Shown in pieces: positions 1-8,406 of a DNA stretch of 64,000 bases. The number at the start of each line of letters is the position of its first letter. Position 1 is the stretch's first letter. The notes below the pieces were generated by a model that worked only from the letters and a program-made list of their open reading frames with translations, had not been told where the DNA came from and made no database searches. The stretch comes from a virus (taxonomy: Duplodnaviria > Caudoviricetes), in IMG/VR virus record IMGVR_UViG_3300032308_001420, positions 11,685 to 75,684 of that record, one strand, 5' to 3'. Made by a program: the position numbers and the translations under genes.

Positions 1-2209
1 GCTTTGAAGCCCCAGTAACAAACTGATCTTTGAATTGGTCAAATTCTTTTGCATCTTTCTTCTTTCCAATAATCTTGCGGACCTTATCAGCCTCTGACCA
101 GGACATTCCTCCTAGGTGTACGCATGCCTGCATAACCTGCTCTTGATATATAATAACACCATATGTGTTTTCAGTAAACTCTTTCATTATAGTATGACTA
201 TAGTCTACCGCTTCCCGCCCATGCTTTCTATTAATATAAGCAGCGCCAACGGTATTCATAGCGCCAGGGCGTACTAATGCATTAGATGCCACTAGGTCTT
301 CAAATTTGTCAACGCCCATTTTCATAAGCAAATTTGTATATGGGGTTGCTTCTGCTTGAAATACACCCTTAGTATATCCTTCGCTCAACATCTTATAGAC
401 ATTTTTATCGTCTAATGTTAATTCAGATAAAACTACATCCTTGCCATGTCTTTCTTTAATAGAGGCAAGGGTGTCAGATATTACTGAAAGAGTTTTTAAA
501 CCCAAGGCATCCAGCTTAATTAAGCCAATGTCTGCTACTGTATCCATGTCATATGCAACTACTGGAATTCTTCCAGATACTTTATCCTGTGCATCCTCAC
601 GAGATTCAACTGGAGCAAATTTTCTAATATCATCTTTTGCAACAACTACTCCAGCAGCATGGACTCCTACTGAACGAATTCTTCCACGAAGTCTTTCTGC
701 AAGCCAAACTACTTCTGGGTAACGAAGTCTAAACTCTTTTGTGTTTGGTGAGTCTACGAAGTCTTCAAACGTGTCCACTGACTTTAATGCACGATTAACT
801 TCTTGTAGGGGAACCATAAAAACACGAGATGCATCACGAACAACTCCCTTATCTTTAAAGTAAGTAAAAGTAGAAATAGAAGCAACGTACTTAAACTTCT
901 TCTTTAAATAGTCTTTTACTTCTTTACGTCTACGATCCTCAAAGTCTGTATCAATATCTGGAAAATCATTACGCTCTGGATTAATAAATCTAAAAAACAA
1001 TAGATCATATTTAATTGGATCAACTTCTGTGATTCCAAGAACATAACATACGAGTGAGCCTGCAGCAGATCCACGTCCTGGACCAACTTTTATATTATTA
1101 TCTTTAGCCCAATTAATCATATCCGCAACGACCAAAAAATATGAGGCAAAACTTTTTGAGGCAATAACCTGAAGCTCTTCTTCTAAGCGTTCCCTATAAA
1201 TTGGGTCTGAAGCCTTCTGAATGCTCTCTAAGCCCTTTTCAGCCAGCTCTCGTAGCTTTTCATCAGCATCTGTCTTTGGGACGGGCAGAAGGTCTAAGCC
1301 CTGATAAAAATCATACTCAGATACCTTATCAGCAATTTCCATAGTATTATCATATATGTCTGTTCGATTAATTCCAGATTTATTAAAATCAGACTCTATC
1401 TCTGATCTTGATTGAATAAATAAGTTATAGTTTTGAAATGATATTTTTCTATCAGGATAAAGATAGTTTAATCTATCATTGATGTCCTTAATATTTCTTG
1501 ACATATCAAAGTCGGCATCTTTATCCATCTTAGGAGATGTTGATAGTATGAGCATTGCCTCTTCTAGAACTCTATCTTCTTCTTTAGCAAAGTGGGCATC
1601 TCCTGTTGCCACCGCTTTAATTTTAAGTTCATCTGCTAACTCAAGAAGCTTTGAATTTATTTCTTGGGGATTGTGAGACTGCACTTCAATATAGAAATCC
1701 TCAGCAAAATTTTTCTTAAAATCTTGTAGGATAATCTTTGCTTCTTTGAACTCACCCTTTTCAATGCACTTCGAAATAAGACCATTAAGACATCCAGAAA
1801 GAACGATAATACCTTCTTTGTATTCATTTAAAACCTCTCTATCAATGCGTGGCTTATGGTAAAAGCCTTCATTCCACGCAAGCTCTTGAAGCGTGTTTAT
1901 ATTTTCTAAACCCTTTTTATTTTTAGCCAATAAAATAATATGGTTATAAGCTTGAATAGACTTATCGGTCTTAGATGAACGATCAAATCTATCTGTTGGG
2001 GATATGTACGCTTCTACTCCAAGTATGGGTTTAATTCCTTGCTCTTTACATGCTATCTGCATGTCTCTGTGAGAGGATAATGTTCCATGATCTGTAATTG
2101 CTAGTGCTGTTTGTCCAGCATCTTTTGCTGCCTTTACAAGTTCGGCAGGAGAATTAAGCCCATCCATTAATGAATAGTATGAATGCACATGAAGGTGTGT
2201 AAAGTTCAA
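1..2209 (-). CDS. dnaE: DNA polymerase III alpha subunit (family C), 3'-truncated by the window edge
   Basis: Not in the ORF track because it has no stop in the window. Manual translation from TTG at 2209 (GGAG RBS upstream) gives MNFTHLHVHSYYSLMDG..AITDHG..GVEAY..GPGRGSAAGSLV..PDIDTDF..GVHAAGVV..KLDALGLKTL..GVFQAE..YQEQVM, open to position 2. Confidence 0.97.
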   Translation of the reverse strand, partial: MNFTHLHVHSYYSLMDGLNSPAELVKAAKDAGQTALAITDHGTLSSHRDMQIACKEQGIKPILGVEAYISPTDRFDRSSKTDKSIQAYNHIILLAKNKKGLENINTLQELAWNEGFYHKPRIDREVLNEYKEGIIVLSGCLNGLISKCIEKGEFKEAKIILQDFKKNFAEDFYIEVQSHNPQEINSKLLELADELKIKAVATGDAHFAKEEDRVLEEAMLILSTSPKMDKDADFDMSRNIKDINDRLNYLYPDRKISFQNYNLFIQSRSEIESDFNKSGINRTDIYDNTMEIADKVSEYDFYQGLDLLPVPKTDADEKLRELAEKGLESIQKASDPIYRERLEEELQVIASKSFASYFLVVADMINWAKDNNIKVGPGRGSAAGSLVCYVLGITEVDPIKYDLLFFRFINPERNDFPDIDTDFEDRRRKEVKDYLKKKFKYVASISTFTYFKDKGVVRDASRVFMVPLQEVNRALKSVDTFEDFVDSPNTKEFRLRYPEVVWLAERLRGRIRSVGVHAAGVVVAKDDIRKFAPVESREDAQDKVSGRIPVVAYDMDTVADIGLIKLDALGLKTLSVISDTLASIKERHGKDVVLSELTLDDKNVYKMLSEGYTKGVFQAEATPYTNLLMKMGVDKFEDLVASNALVRPGAMNTVGAAYINRKHGREAVDYSHTIMKEFTENTYGVIIYQEQVMQACVHLGGMSWSEADKVRKIIGKKKDAKEFDQFKDQFVTGASK

Positions 2210-2235
2210 CTTAATTCTCCGCCTCTATTAACTTG

Positions 2236-2913
2236 TTACCAGTCTACGCTGCCGCTTGAGGCAGACCTAGACTGTTCTTCGCCATTTGAAGCTTCTCCAG
2301 CAAAGAAAGCTTCTTGCTCTGTGTAAGGTAGGTCTCTTACAGCAGATGTTTCTAGGTCAAATAATTCCAATGAAGATGTGTCGAATGCAGACTCATCCTT
2401 TGCCAATGGAATTATTGTATAACTAGTATCTGTTTTTGTACCACTTCGCTTAATGCGCCACATTAAATTTGTAATGCTTCCCATTTCTCCAGCATACTCA
2501 ATTAATGTTGGAGTAACAGTCTTTCCGCTGCTACCCTGTGATAATATTGCTACATACGGATCTTCTTTTCCATCGTCAACTAATACGTTAATGTAGAGTC
2601 GTGAGCGACCCTTCCATCCAGCCTTATAGTCCTTACGATGTTGTTCGCAACCGTAACACTTGCCTTGATCTTCCATTGTGCAGAGTGCCTTGCGACGATA
2701 GTCTTTTGGGTTAGTGTGCTCAACAGCAATAAACCCTAAACCGTTTTTTTGATTATAACTTGGTGAATCTGGATCAAGCTCCTGTAGGAAACGAACCTTG
2801 ACGCTTTCACCATCTTCTAGCTTTACCCAACGACCCTTTGTTGAATCAGAATCATTGTATGTAGGCTTATCTAAAGCCTTATTTAAATCTTTTAGTCCTC
2901 TTACGATACCCAT
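2236..2913 (-). CDS. Single-stranded DNA-binding protein (phage gp32-like, Zn-binding)
   Basis: KVRFL, H..C..CxxC Zn motif, WRIKRSGTKTDTSYTI OB-fold strand, acidic tail ending in DW; lies between primase and DnaE. Confidence 0.8.
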   Translation of the reverse strand: MGIVRGLKDLNKALDKPTYNDSDSTKGRWVKLEDGESVKVRFLQELDPDSPSYNQKNGLGFIAVEHTNPKDYRRKALCTMEDQGKCYGCEQHRKDYKAGWKGRSRLYINVLVDDGKEDPYVAILSQGSSGKTVTPTLIEYAGEMGSITNLMWRIKRSGTKTDTSYTIIPLAKDESAFDTSSLELFDLETSAVRDLPYTEQEAFFAGEASNGEEQSRSASSGSVDW

Positions 2914-2961
2914 TATTTCCTCATTTCATATAGTTGATGGTATAAATCCATCTGTATTACT

Positions 2962-2970
2962 ATTATATCA
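2962..2970 (-). promoter_or_regulatory. Extended -10 promoter (TGATATAAT) for the SSB-dnaE genes
   Basis: TGnTATAAT about 50 nt upstream of the SSB start; GAGGA RBS follows. Confidence 0.6.
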
Positions 2971-3966
2971 TTACTTCCAAGATCTGTATTCTATATCTGA
3001 TACTGCATTTTTAATACAGGCTTTAATTTCTTCATCAGTCATATCGCCTGCATCCTTTGCATCATGTGGATATATCTTACCATATTCATAAGAAGCCCAC
3101 AAGACATCTTTCATCCTTAGTTTATTGGCTATGCTAAGTCCTAATTCTCTGCCAGCCAAATCTGCATCTGTCATAATTGTTATTCTATTAAAATATCTAT
3201 TAAGTATATGATGTTGCTCTTTAGACAAAAACCCTCCAAGTGTTGCAACAACATTTGGAAAACCAGCTTGATGAATTCTAATTGCATCAAAGCTTGACTC
3301 AACAATTATTACATGGTCGCCAATCTTCTTTGCCCTATGAACATTAAACATTGTTTTGCTCTTAGGTAAGTTTGTGCTATTTTTAAAAGACTTACCCTCA
3401 ATTGATCTACCAACAATTCCAATTGGCATTCCATCTGGACTATGCACTGGAACAGTAACCATATCCATATTTGAGGAATACCCCAAACCAAAATAGTCCA
3501 TAGCCTCACTATTAATATTACGTGATATAAAATAATTGCATGCTCTAGTACTATTAGACCTGTCGTTAGATAGTTTATCTAATGTATCATTATTAAATTC
3601 CTCAAACATTGGCTTATCTTCCATTGCTTCCGCCAACATCTCATCAAAGTTTTCTAATGATTCCGTTTCTTTTGCAGAAATAAATCGCATGGCTTCAAAG
3701 TCATTCTTGTGCATGACTCGTTTAATTAATTCTAATAATGTTCCAGCTTCGCCACATGAAGGATTAAAGCATATGAATGCTCCCTTTTCACGGCTTACGC
3801 TAAAGCTTGATGTATGTCTATTTGAATGAAATGGGCAATAGCATAGGAAATCATTTGAAGTTTCTCCAACAATGTCTAAGCCAATACTTTTTAGTATTGA
3901 CTTTATGTGCGCTGGGGAATATTGCGTGGTATCAATTTCCCTTGAGAAATTCCCTCTAACCGCCAT
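2971..3966 (-). CDS. dnaG: DNA primase (CHC2 zinc finger + TOPRIM)
   Basis: CPFH..C..C zinc finger; IVESSFDA and TDADLAG TOPRIM acidic motifs; KDAGD. Confidence 0.93.
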   Translation of the reverse strand: MAVRGNFSREIDTTQYSPAHIKSILKSIGLDIVGETSNDFLCYCPFHSNRHTSSFSVSREKGAFICFNPSCGEAGTLLELIKRVMHKNDFEAMRFISAKETESLENFDEMLAEAMEDKPMFEEFNNDTLDKLSNDRSNSTRACNYFISRNINSEAMDYFGLGYSSNMDMVTVPVHSPDGMPIGIVGRSIEGKSFKNSTNLPKSKTMFNVHRAKKIGDHVIIVESSFDAIRIHQAGFPNVVATLGGFLSKEQHHILNRYFNRITIMTDADLAGRELGLSIANKLRMKDVLWASYEYGKIYPHDAKDAGDMTDEEIKACIKNAVSDIEYRSWK

Positions 3967-4193
3967 GCCTTCCTCTTTCCTACATATACTCCATGGATAG
4001 TCATTAAAAACTTCCAGCCTTCTCCGTCAAAGTCTAACGCAAAGGCTGGGTCTATGTCAAGGACTTTTGCATATCCTCTTGACCGCATATCTTCCGTTAA
4101 AAGTTTTTCATACTGTTCTTTAACTCTGATGATATCTGAATCACTTCTAAATACAGCATCTATTTGAAATCTATTAATTTTTTTGTGCGTCAT
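3903..4193 (-). CDS. Hypothetical protein (start probably MTHKK at 4193)
   Basis: ORF coupled by overlaps to helicase and primase. Confidence 0.6.
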   Translation of the reverse strand: MTHKKINRFQIDAVFRSDSDIIRVKEQYEKLLTEDMRSRGYAKVLDIDPAFALDFDGEGWKFLMTIHGVYVGKRKAWRLEGISQGKLIPRNIPQRT

Positions 4194-5421
4194 TTGCAAA
4201 TGGGTTCTCATAAATCTCTTTAACGATACCACGATTGATATCCCAGTCTAGGTACATCCCAAACTCTTGTCCGTGTCTATTCTTTCTTGAAACAACTTCT
4301 ACCATTTGAGTTCCAGTATACTTATGAATAGCAATGGCCATGTCAGCATCGTACTCAATTGCCTTTGACCAAGCTACCTGAGAAAGCATTGGAGGATTGT
4401 CTTGATCTGAAACGTCATCCATTGTTGCTGCAGTAATATCAATTACTGGAATGTTATTAGTCATGGCAAGCATCTTGAACTCACGAGAGATATTCATGTT
4501 ACGTTCAGTTGCGCCCATACTCTTTTTGTTATCAGAAAATAGTTGATGGTAATCTAAAATAACAAGGTCTGGCTTGTGCTGATCAATCTTACCTTGAATT
4601 GTAGCGGGAGTAACTTCGGCCATACCTTCATTTGATACGAGCACAAATCCATTCTTGTTCTCAAACTTTTTGTTTGACCATGACTTAAAATCATCTAAAT
4701 TAATATCGCCAGTTGCTAGATCACTTGCTCTAAATAATCCAGAACCAAGCATTGTATATATACGGTCACGCATGTTTTCTGGAGACATTTCTAAAGATAC
4801 AATCATAGGCTTAAATCCTTGCTCCCATGCTTTACATGCAAGGTAAGATGTGAACCATGTCTTACCACGTCCTGGCCATCCGATAGCAACGATAAGATGT
4901 CCTGGAGCCATGCCAGTTGGGTATGCTAAATCAATAGCCTCAAAGCCAGTTTTAATTCCTGGTGATCCGCCCATCTCTGCTGATCTAAGTTTAGTTGCTT
5001 CAAAATGCTTAATAGCATTGTCAGCATCTGTTACATCTAAGTCACGAACATTACTTGTAAACTTACTAAGACTGGCAAGTTGGGATTGCATTTCAGACAG
5101 GACTCTAGATGCAGCATCCTCTTTTAGCATTGAGCCGCTTTTAATTATAATGTTCTTGAGTCTATTAGAAAGATACTCATTCTTAAGTTTATCTAAATAG
5201 TATCCAGTCTCTGCTTTAACGTTTGTGTCAATCTCAAAATCTTTAAACTTTTCAAGAAGGATGCCAGCTTCTGGAACAGCCTTAAACTTATAATAATAGG
5301 ACTTTAATCCTTCCCAAATATCTTTATGGGAAGTAAATAGTTCATCTACATTGTCTGCTAAAAGAGTACTTATGTCTTTATTCTTGCATACTGCTGAAAT
5401 TAATGTTGCTTCTGTATTCAT
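4174..5421 (-). CDS. dnaB: DnaB-like replicative helicase
   Basis: Walker A GWPGRGKT, VSLEM, Walker B VILDYHQL, IEYDADM, KNRHG. Confidence 0.95.
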   Translation of the reverse strand: MNTEATLISAVCKNKDISTLLADNVDELFTSHKDIWEGLKSYYYKFKAVPEAGILLEKFKDFEIDTNVKAETGYYLDKLKNEYLSNRLKNIIIKSGSMLKEDAASRVLSEMQSQLASLSKFTSNVRDLDVTDADNAIKHFEATKLRSAEMGGSPGIKTGFEAIDLAYPTGMAPGHLIVAIGWPGRGKTWFTSYLACKAWEQGFKPMIVSLEMSPENMRDRIYTMLGSGLFRASDLATGDINLDDFKSWSNKKFENKNGFVLVSNEGMAEVTPATIQGKIDQHKPDLVILDYHQLFSDNKKSMGATERNMNISREFKMLAMTNNIPVIDITAATMDDVSDQDNPPMLSQVAWSKAIEYDADMAIAIHKYTGTQMVEVVSRKNRHGQEFGMYLDWDINRGIVKEIYENPFANDAQKN

Positions 5422-5741
5422 TCTATACCGCCTCTTTCAACCATATGCTTCGTTTCTTCTAGCAACAAACGACGTCTCTCTTTATCTTTTTCTACCTCGG
5501 TAATAGCTGCATCCATCCTATCAAAATTATAAAAGAAAAATTGTAAAGGATGTCCACTTTTAGATAAGCTAAAGTAGTATAACAAAATTTCTTTAGCTCG
5601 GTCAATACCAACACTGTCTATAACATCTTGCATTGCCCACTTTTCTCTAAACTTATTGATCTTAGGCATTGCTCCATACTTTTGCTTATATAACGATTGA
5701 TAAAAGCTTATTAATATATATGGCTCTTTCTCACTTGGCAC
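5418..5741 (-). CDS. Hypothetical protein (possible helicase loader or partner)
   Basis: 107-aa helical ORF overlapping the helicase start. Confidence 0.55.
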   Translation of the reverse strand: MPSEKEPYILISFYQSLYKQKYGAMPKINKFREKWAMQDVIDSVGIDRAKEILLYYFSLSKSGHPLQFFFYNFDRMDAAITEVEKDKERRRLLLEETKHMVERGGIE

Positions 5742-5949
5742 TCTTTAACTCTTCTTCTACTTCACGAGTTTTTTGAATAAGCTTATCTTCTACAAACTTA
5801 TACACACGCTCTGTTGCAAAATCAACTGTTTCTCCAAGTCGCAGGTCGTCTTCTACTCCGATGCTAATTTTAATGCTTTCATAGTTGCCAAGATTTCTAG
5901 TAAACGATAGGTCTACTTTTACTTTAGTTGTCATTACTCCGCCTTCCAT
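5731..5949 (-). CDS. Conserved small phage protein (TRNLGNYESIKI type); start probably MTTK at 5934
   Basis: Motif xTxNLGNYESx[KR]I is common in phage replication regions. Confidence 0.65.
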   Translation of the reverse strand: MEGGVMTTKVKVDLSFTRNLGNYESIKISIGVEDDLRLGETVDFATERVYKFVEDKLIQKTREVEEELKSAK

Positions 5950-6416
5950 ACAGGTACAAATTTTCCGTCTTCTGTCTTAGTATACAATATAATGTTGTGT
6001 TTGAGAATAGCCATCAATTCAGTTTTTGAAGGAAGTCTACCAGCATGACCTTCTTCTGAAATAAATTCATGTAAGTCTAATATGTCTTTTTGATTAAACA
6101 TATACTTAGACCACTTGCTATCAGGGTTTCCAATAGGATAAACTTTTTGTGGGGCTTTTATTTTGCCCTCCAAAATATAATCTTCTATTGTAACTTTATG
6201 TTTCCCAAGAATTTCTCCGACCTGTACAGTTGTGTATGCATTTTCCATACTCTTATAAACTTGAGAGTAGGAATACATTACACGTTTTCTGTCTGGGTAA
6301 CACCAAGCTATCAGTTCGTCTTTTGCCCTAGATGCTTTTAATACTTTATGTATCTTATCATTTAAGAAGAAATAGAGGAACTTCTTTTGTGCAGGGATTC
6401 TCTTTCGTCTAGCCAT
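5934..6416 (-). CDS. Helix-turn-helix (MerR/excisionase-like) DNA-binding protein
   Basis: YTTVQVGEILGKHKVTIEDYILEGKIKAP..YMFNQKDI winged-HTH pattern. Confidence 0.75.
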   Translation of the reverse strand: MARRKRIPAQKKFLYFFLNDKIHKVLKASRAKDELIAWCYPDRKRVMYSYSQVYKSMENAYTTVQVGEILGKHKVTIEDYILEGKIKAPQKVYPIGNPDSKWSKYMFNQKDILDLHEFISEEGHAGRLPSKTELMAILKHNIILYTKTEDGKFVPVWKAE

Positions 6417-6547
6417 TTTGCAAGCGCATTCGTTTCCTTATTAATCATCCATCGTTTTCCACACATAACGCAGAACAGCTCCATGTGTAGCTTTTGTGAG
6501 AATACTCTATCAATGAATACTCTTCCGTCACATTTTTTACATCTCAT
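6362..6547 (-). CDS. Small zinc-ribbon protein
   Basis: CKKC..CVMC pairs; start overlaps the upstream stop. Confidence 0.7.
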   Translation of the reverse strand: MRCKKCDGRVFIDRVFSQKLHMELFCVMCGKRWMINKETNALAKWLDERESLHKRSSSISS

Positions 6548-7350
6548 TATAAACTAAACAACTTTCCATCAACCACGCATGTATAATTTGGAGATACATG
6601 AATCATTTGAACGTGTGGGTATTCTCCATTTTCAATATGTGCAATAGCAAATCCTTTTTGCCAGTCATGATGTTGAGTATATTTCATTCCTGGACCCTTC
6701 TCATCACACATATGTCCAATTTCATATCCACGCAAAGTTTCACCCAAACCATTGTTTCTAAGTTCATATGTTACCATATGTGAAGCAATTCTGTGTGAGT
6801 GTCCTCTAATTAAAGAAACTTGCATATCTTCCATGTCTTTTCTAACCGCACCTGTTGCGGAAACAGAAAGCCCATGATGAACATGTATGTCTCCGAAGCG
6901 GCGGCGTGGAAGGCTGTCATAATAAATGTAATCATATCCTAAAGAATCTAATCCCCACAAAGCTTCTGGGGTAACTTCATTTATATAGTCTGGTAGCTTT
7001 GCATCAATGTAACTAAAAATTCTAACGTCATGGTTTCCTAAAGCGGAAAACAGTTGTGCATTAGGTAACATCTCTCTGGTCTTGGAATAAAAATCTCTTG
7101 CACCCTTTGCCTCATGTCGCATCATCGGAACAATTAAGTCACGACTATCATCTTTATGCAATTGCATAAACTCAGCTGAGCGTCCCTCTGTATACTTGCT
7201 GTAACATGCTTGATCATCAGTGTCTCCAAGATAGTCAACCACATCTGGTTTAAACCACTTCATAACTTTAAACCACAAAGCAATCATCTTATCATCTTGA
7301 TAAGGAAACTGCTGATCGGATGATATCATCCACTTTAAATCATTTGACAT
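6547..7350 (-). CDS. Calcineurin-like metallophosphoesterase
   Basis: SDQQ, GDTDD, GNHD, HHG and GHSH motifs. Confidence 0.88.
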   Translation of the reverse strand: MSNDLKWMISSDQQFPYQDDKMIALWFKVMKWFKPDVVDYLGDTDDQACYSKYTEGRSAEFMQLHKDDSRDLIVPMMRHEAKGARDFYSKTREMLPNAQLFSALGNHDVRIFSYIDAKLPDYINEVTPEALWGLDSLGYDYIYYDSLPRRRFGDIHVHHGLSVSATGAVRKDMEDMQVSLIRGHSHRIASHMVTYELRNNGLGETLRGYEIGHMCDEKGPGMKYTQHHDWQKGFAIAHIENGEYPHVQMIHVSPNYTCVVDGKLFSL

Positions 7351-7372
7351 TAAACTACCTTAATAATTAAAA

Positions 7373-7392
7373 AAGTCACGAATACGTGACTT
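7373..7392 (-). terminator. Hairpin with U-run (AAGTCACG-tatt-CGTGACTT-TTTT) in the leader of the replication operon
   Basis: Perfect 8-bp inverted repeat followed by T-run on the minus strand. Confidence 0.5.
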
Positions 7393-7405
7393 AGATGTTA
7401 CAGTA

Positions 7406-7433
7406 ATTGTAACATATGATTACTGATTGTCAA
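7406..7433 (-). promoter_or_regulatory. Sigma70/SigA-type promoter TTGACA-N16-TACAAT with TG extension
   Basis: Near-consensus -35 and -10 upstream of the replication block. Confidence 0.7.
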
Positions 7434-7437
7434 TCTT

Positions 7438-7863
7438 TTAGCCGATATAGTTTTTAAGCTCTAGGGCAATCCAATTAATTGTATATTCTGTCTTGGTTGT
7501 TTTAGAATTGCTTGATCTGCCATAAACTCTATGATCTGCTCCGCTTTTCCCAACCCATATTGTTAGTTGTTCTCCAGCTGGAACTGAGCTTCCTAATGAC
7601 GCAACAACAACTGGGTTTACCAATGTGGTTCCGACTGGAATTGAAACTCCAGAAGTATTTGATCCAGAAGTAAGGTTTAGTGTAACTGTTCCTACATTTC
7701 CAGTTAAAACTTTAGGATTTGATTGGTCTCCAATTGTATTATTAAATAAATTATTAGAGGTTGTATATGTTGTAAGAATATCTTCTCTTAATTGATTTAA
7801 TGCATTTGGATCTAATGGGGCACCCTCATTAAAGGGAACGCTCTTTATTGAATTTGCTGCCAT
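7438..7863 (-). CDS. Hypothetical virion-associated protein
   Basis: Beta-rich ORF ending in INWIA, a fibre-like C-terminal pattern; last gene of the tail region. Confidence 0.55.
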   Translation of the reverse strand: MAANSIKSVPFNEGAPLDPNALNQLREDILTTYTTSNNLFNNTIGDQSNPKVLTGNVGTVTLNLTSGSNTSGVSIPVGTTLVNPVVVASLGSSVPAGEQLTIWVGKSGADHRVYGRSSNSKTTKTEYTINWIALELKNYIG

Positions 7864-8253
7864 TATAAATTTTCTCCTAATTCATGCATACTTACTTCAA
7901 AAGCGCTTACTTCTATTACCTTTGATCTGTCTAAACCAAACTTATCAAATGAGTCTGGATCAACAATATGCCTCTTTTTATTTTGTGATATTAAATATAT
8001 TTTACCATCTGCTATGTTCTTTATCAATGTGCCGTCTCTAAATCCTAGTTTACCCGCCAATTTAATTCCTGCCACAGCTGATTCAGTAGCCTCAACTGTC
8101 GTAAACATCCAAGACTTTTCTGCCCTGTCTGATATAAGCTTAAACCTTTTGCCATCTTTAATCCAATAGGTAGCCTTGTCTGTTTTTACAGCCAAGCCTG
8201 ATGGGAATTGAGTTGGGCTAGTTACTATCTTTTGCTGGCTCTTCTTGAACATC
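7863..8253 (-). CDS. Hypothetical protein with two internal repeats (YWIKDGKRF / YLISQNKKRHI); start probably MFKK
   Basis: ORF track 7863..8306; the extra N-terminal part overlaps another small gene. Confidence 0.6.
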
Positions 8254-8373
8254 TTTTTCCATAAGTTGAGTAAGCTCTGCCCGTAGTATTGCAATTTGAG
8301 TTTCATAGTTTGCTACAATCTCTCCGATGCGTTGCTGGAGGGCGGTGATAATTAATTCTGCCTTTGTTGACAT
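8218..8373 (-). CDS. Small coiled-coil protein, 51 aa (MSTKAELIITALQQRIGEIVANYETQIAILRAELTQL...)
   Basis: Manual translation, below the ORF-track cutoff; GGAAG upstream. Confidence 0.7.
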   Translation of the reverse strand: MSTKAELIITALQQRIGEIVANYETQIAILRAELTQLMEKDVQEEPAKDSN

Positions 8374-8406
8374 TATTCTTCCAATCTATTAGTACTAAGG
8401 ATAACA

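Noticed and set aside
1-2209. Apparent non-coding or pseudogene region (no long ORF in the track)
   Set aside because: It is an intact dnaE frame that runs off the window edge
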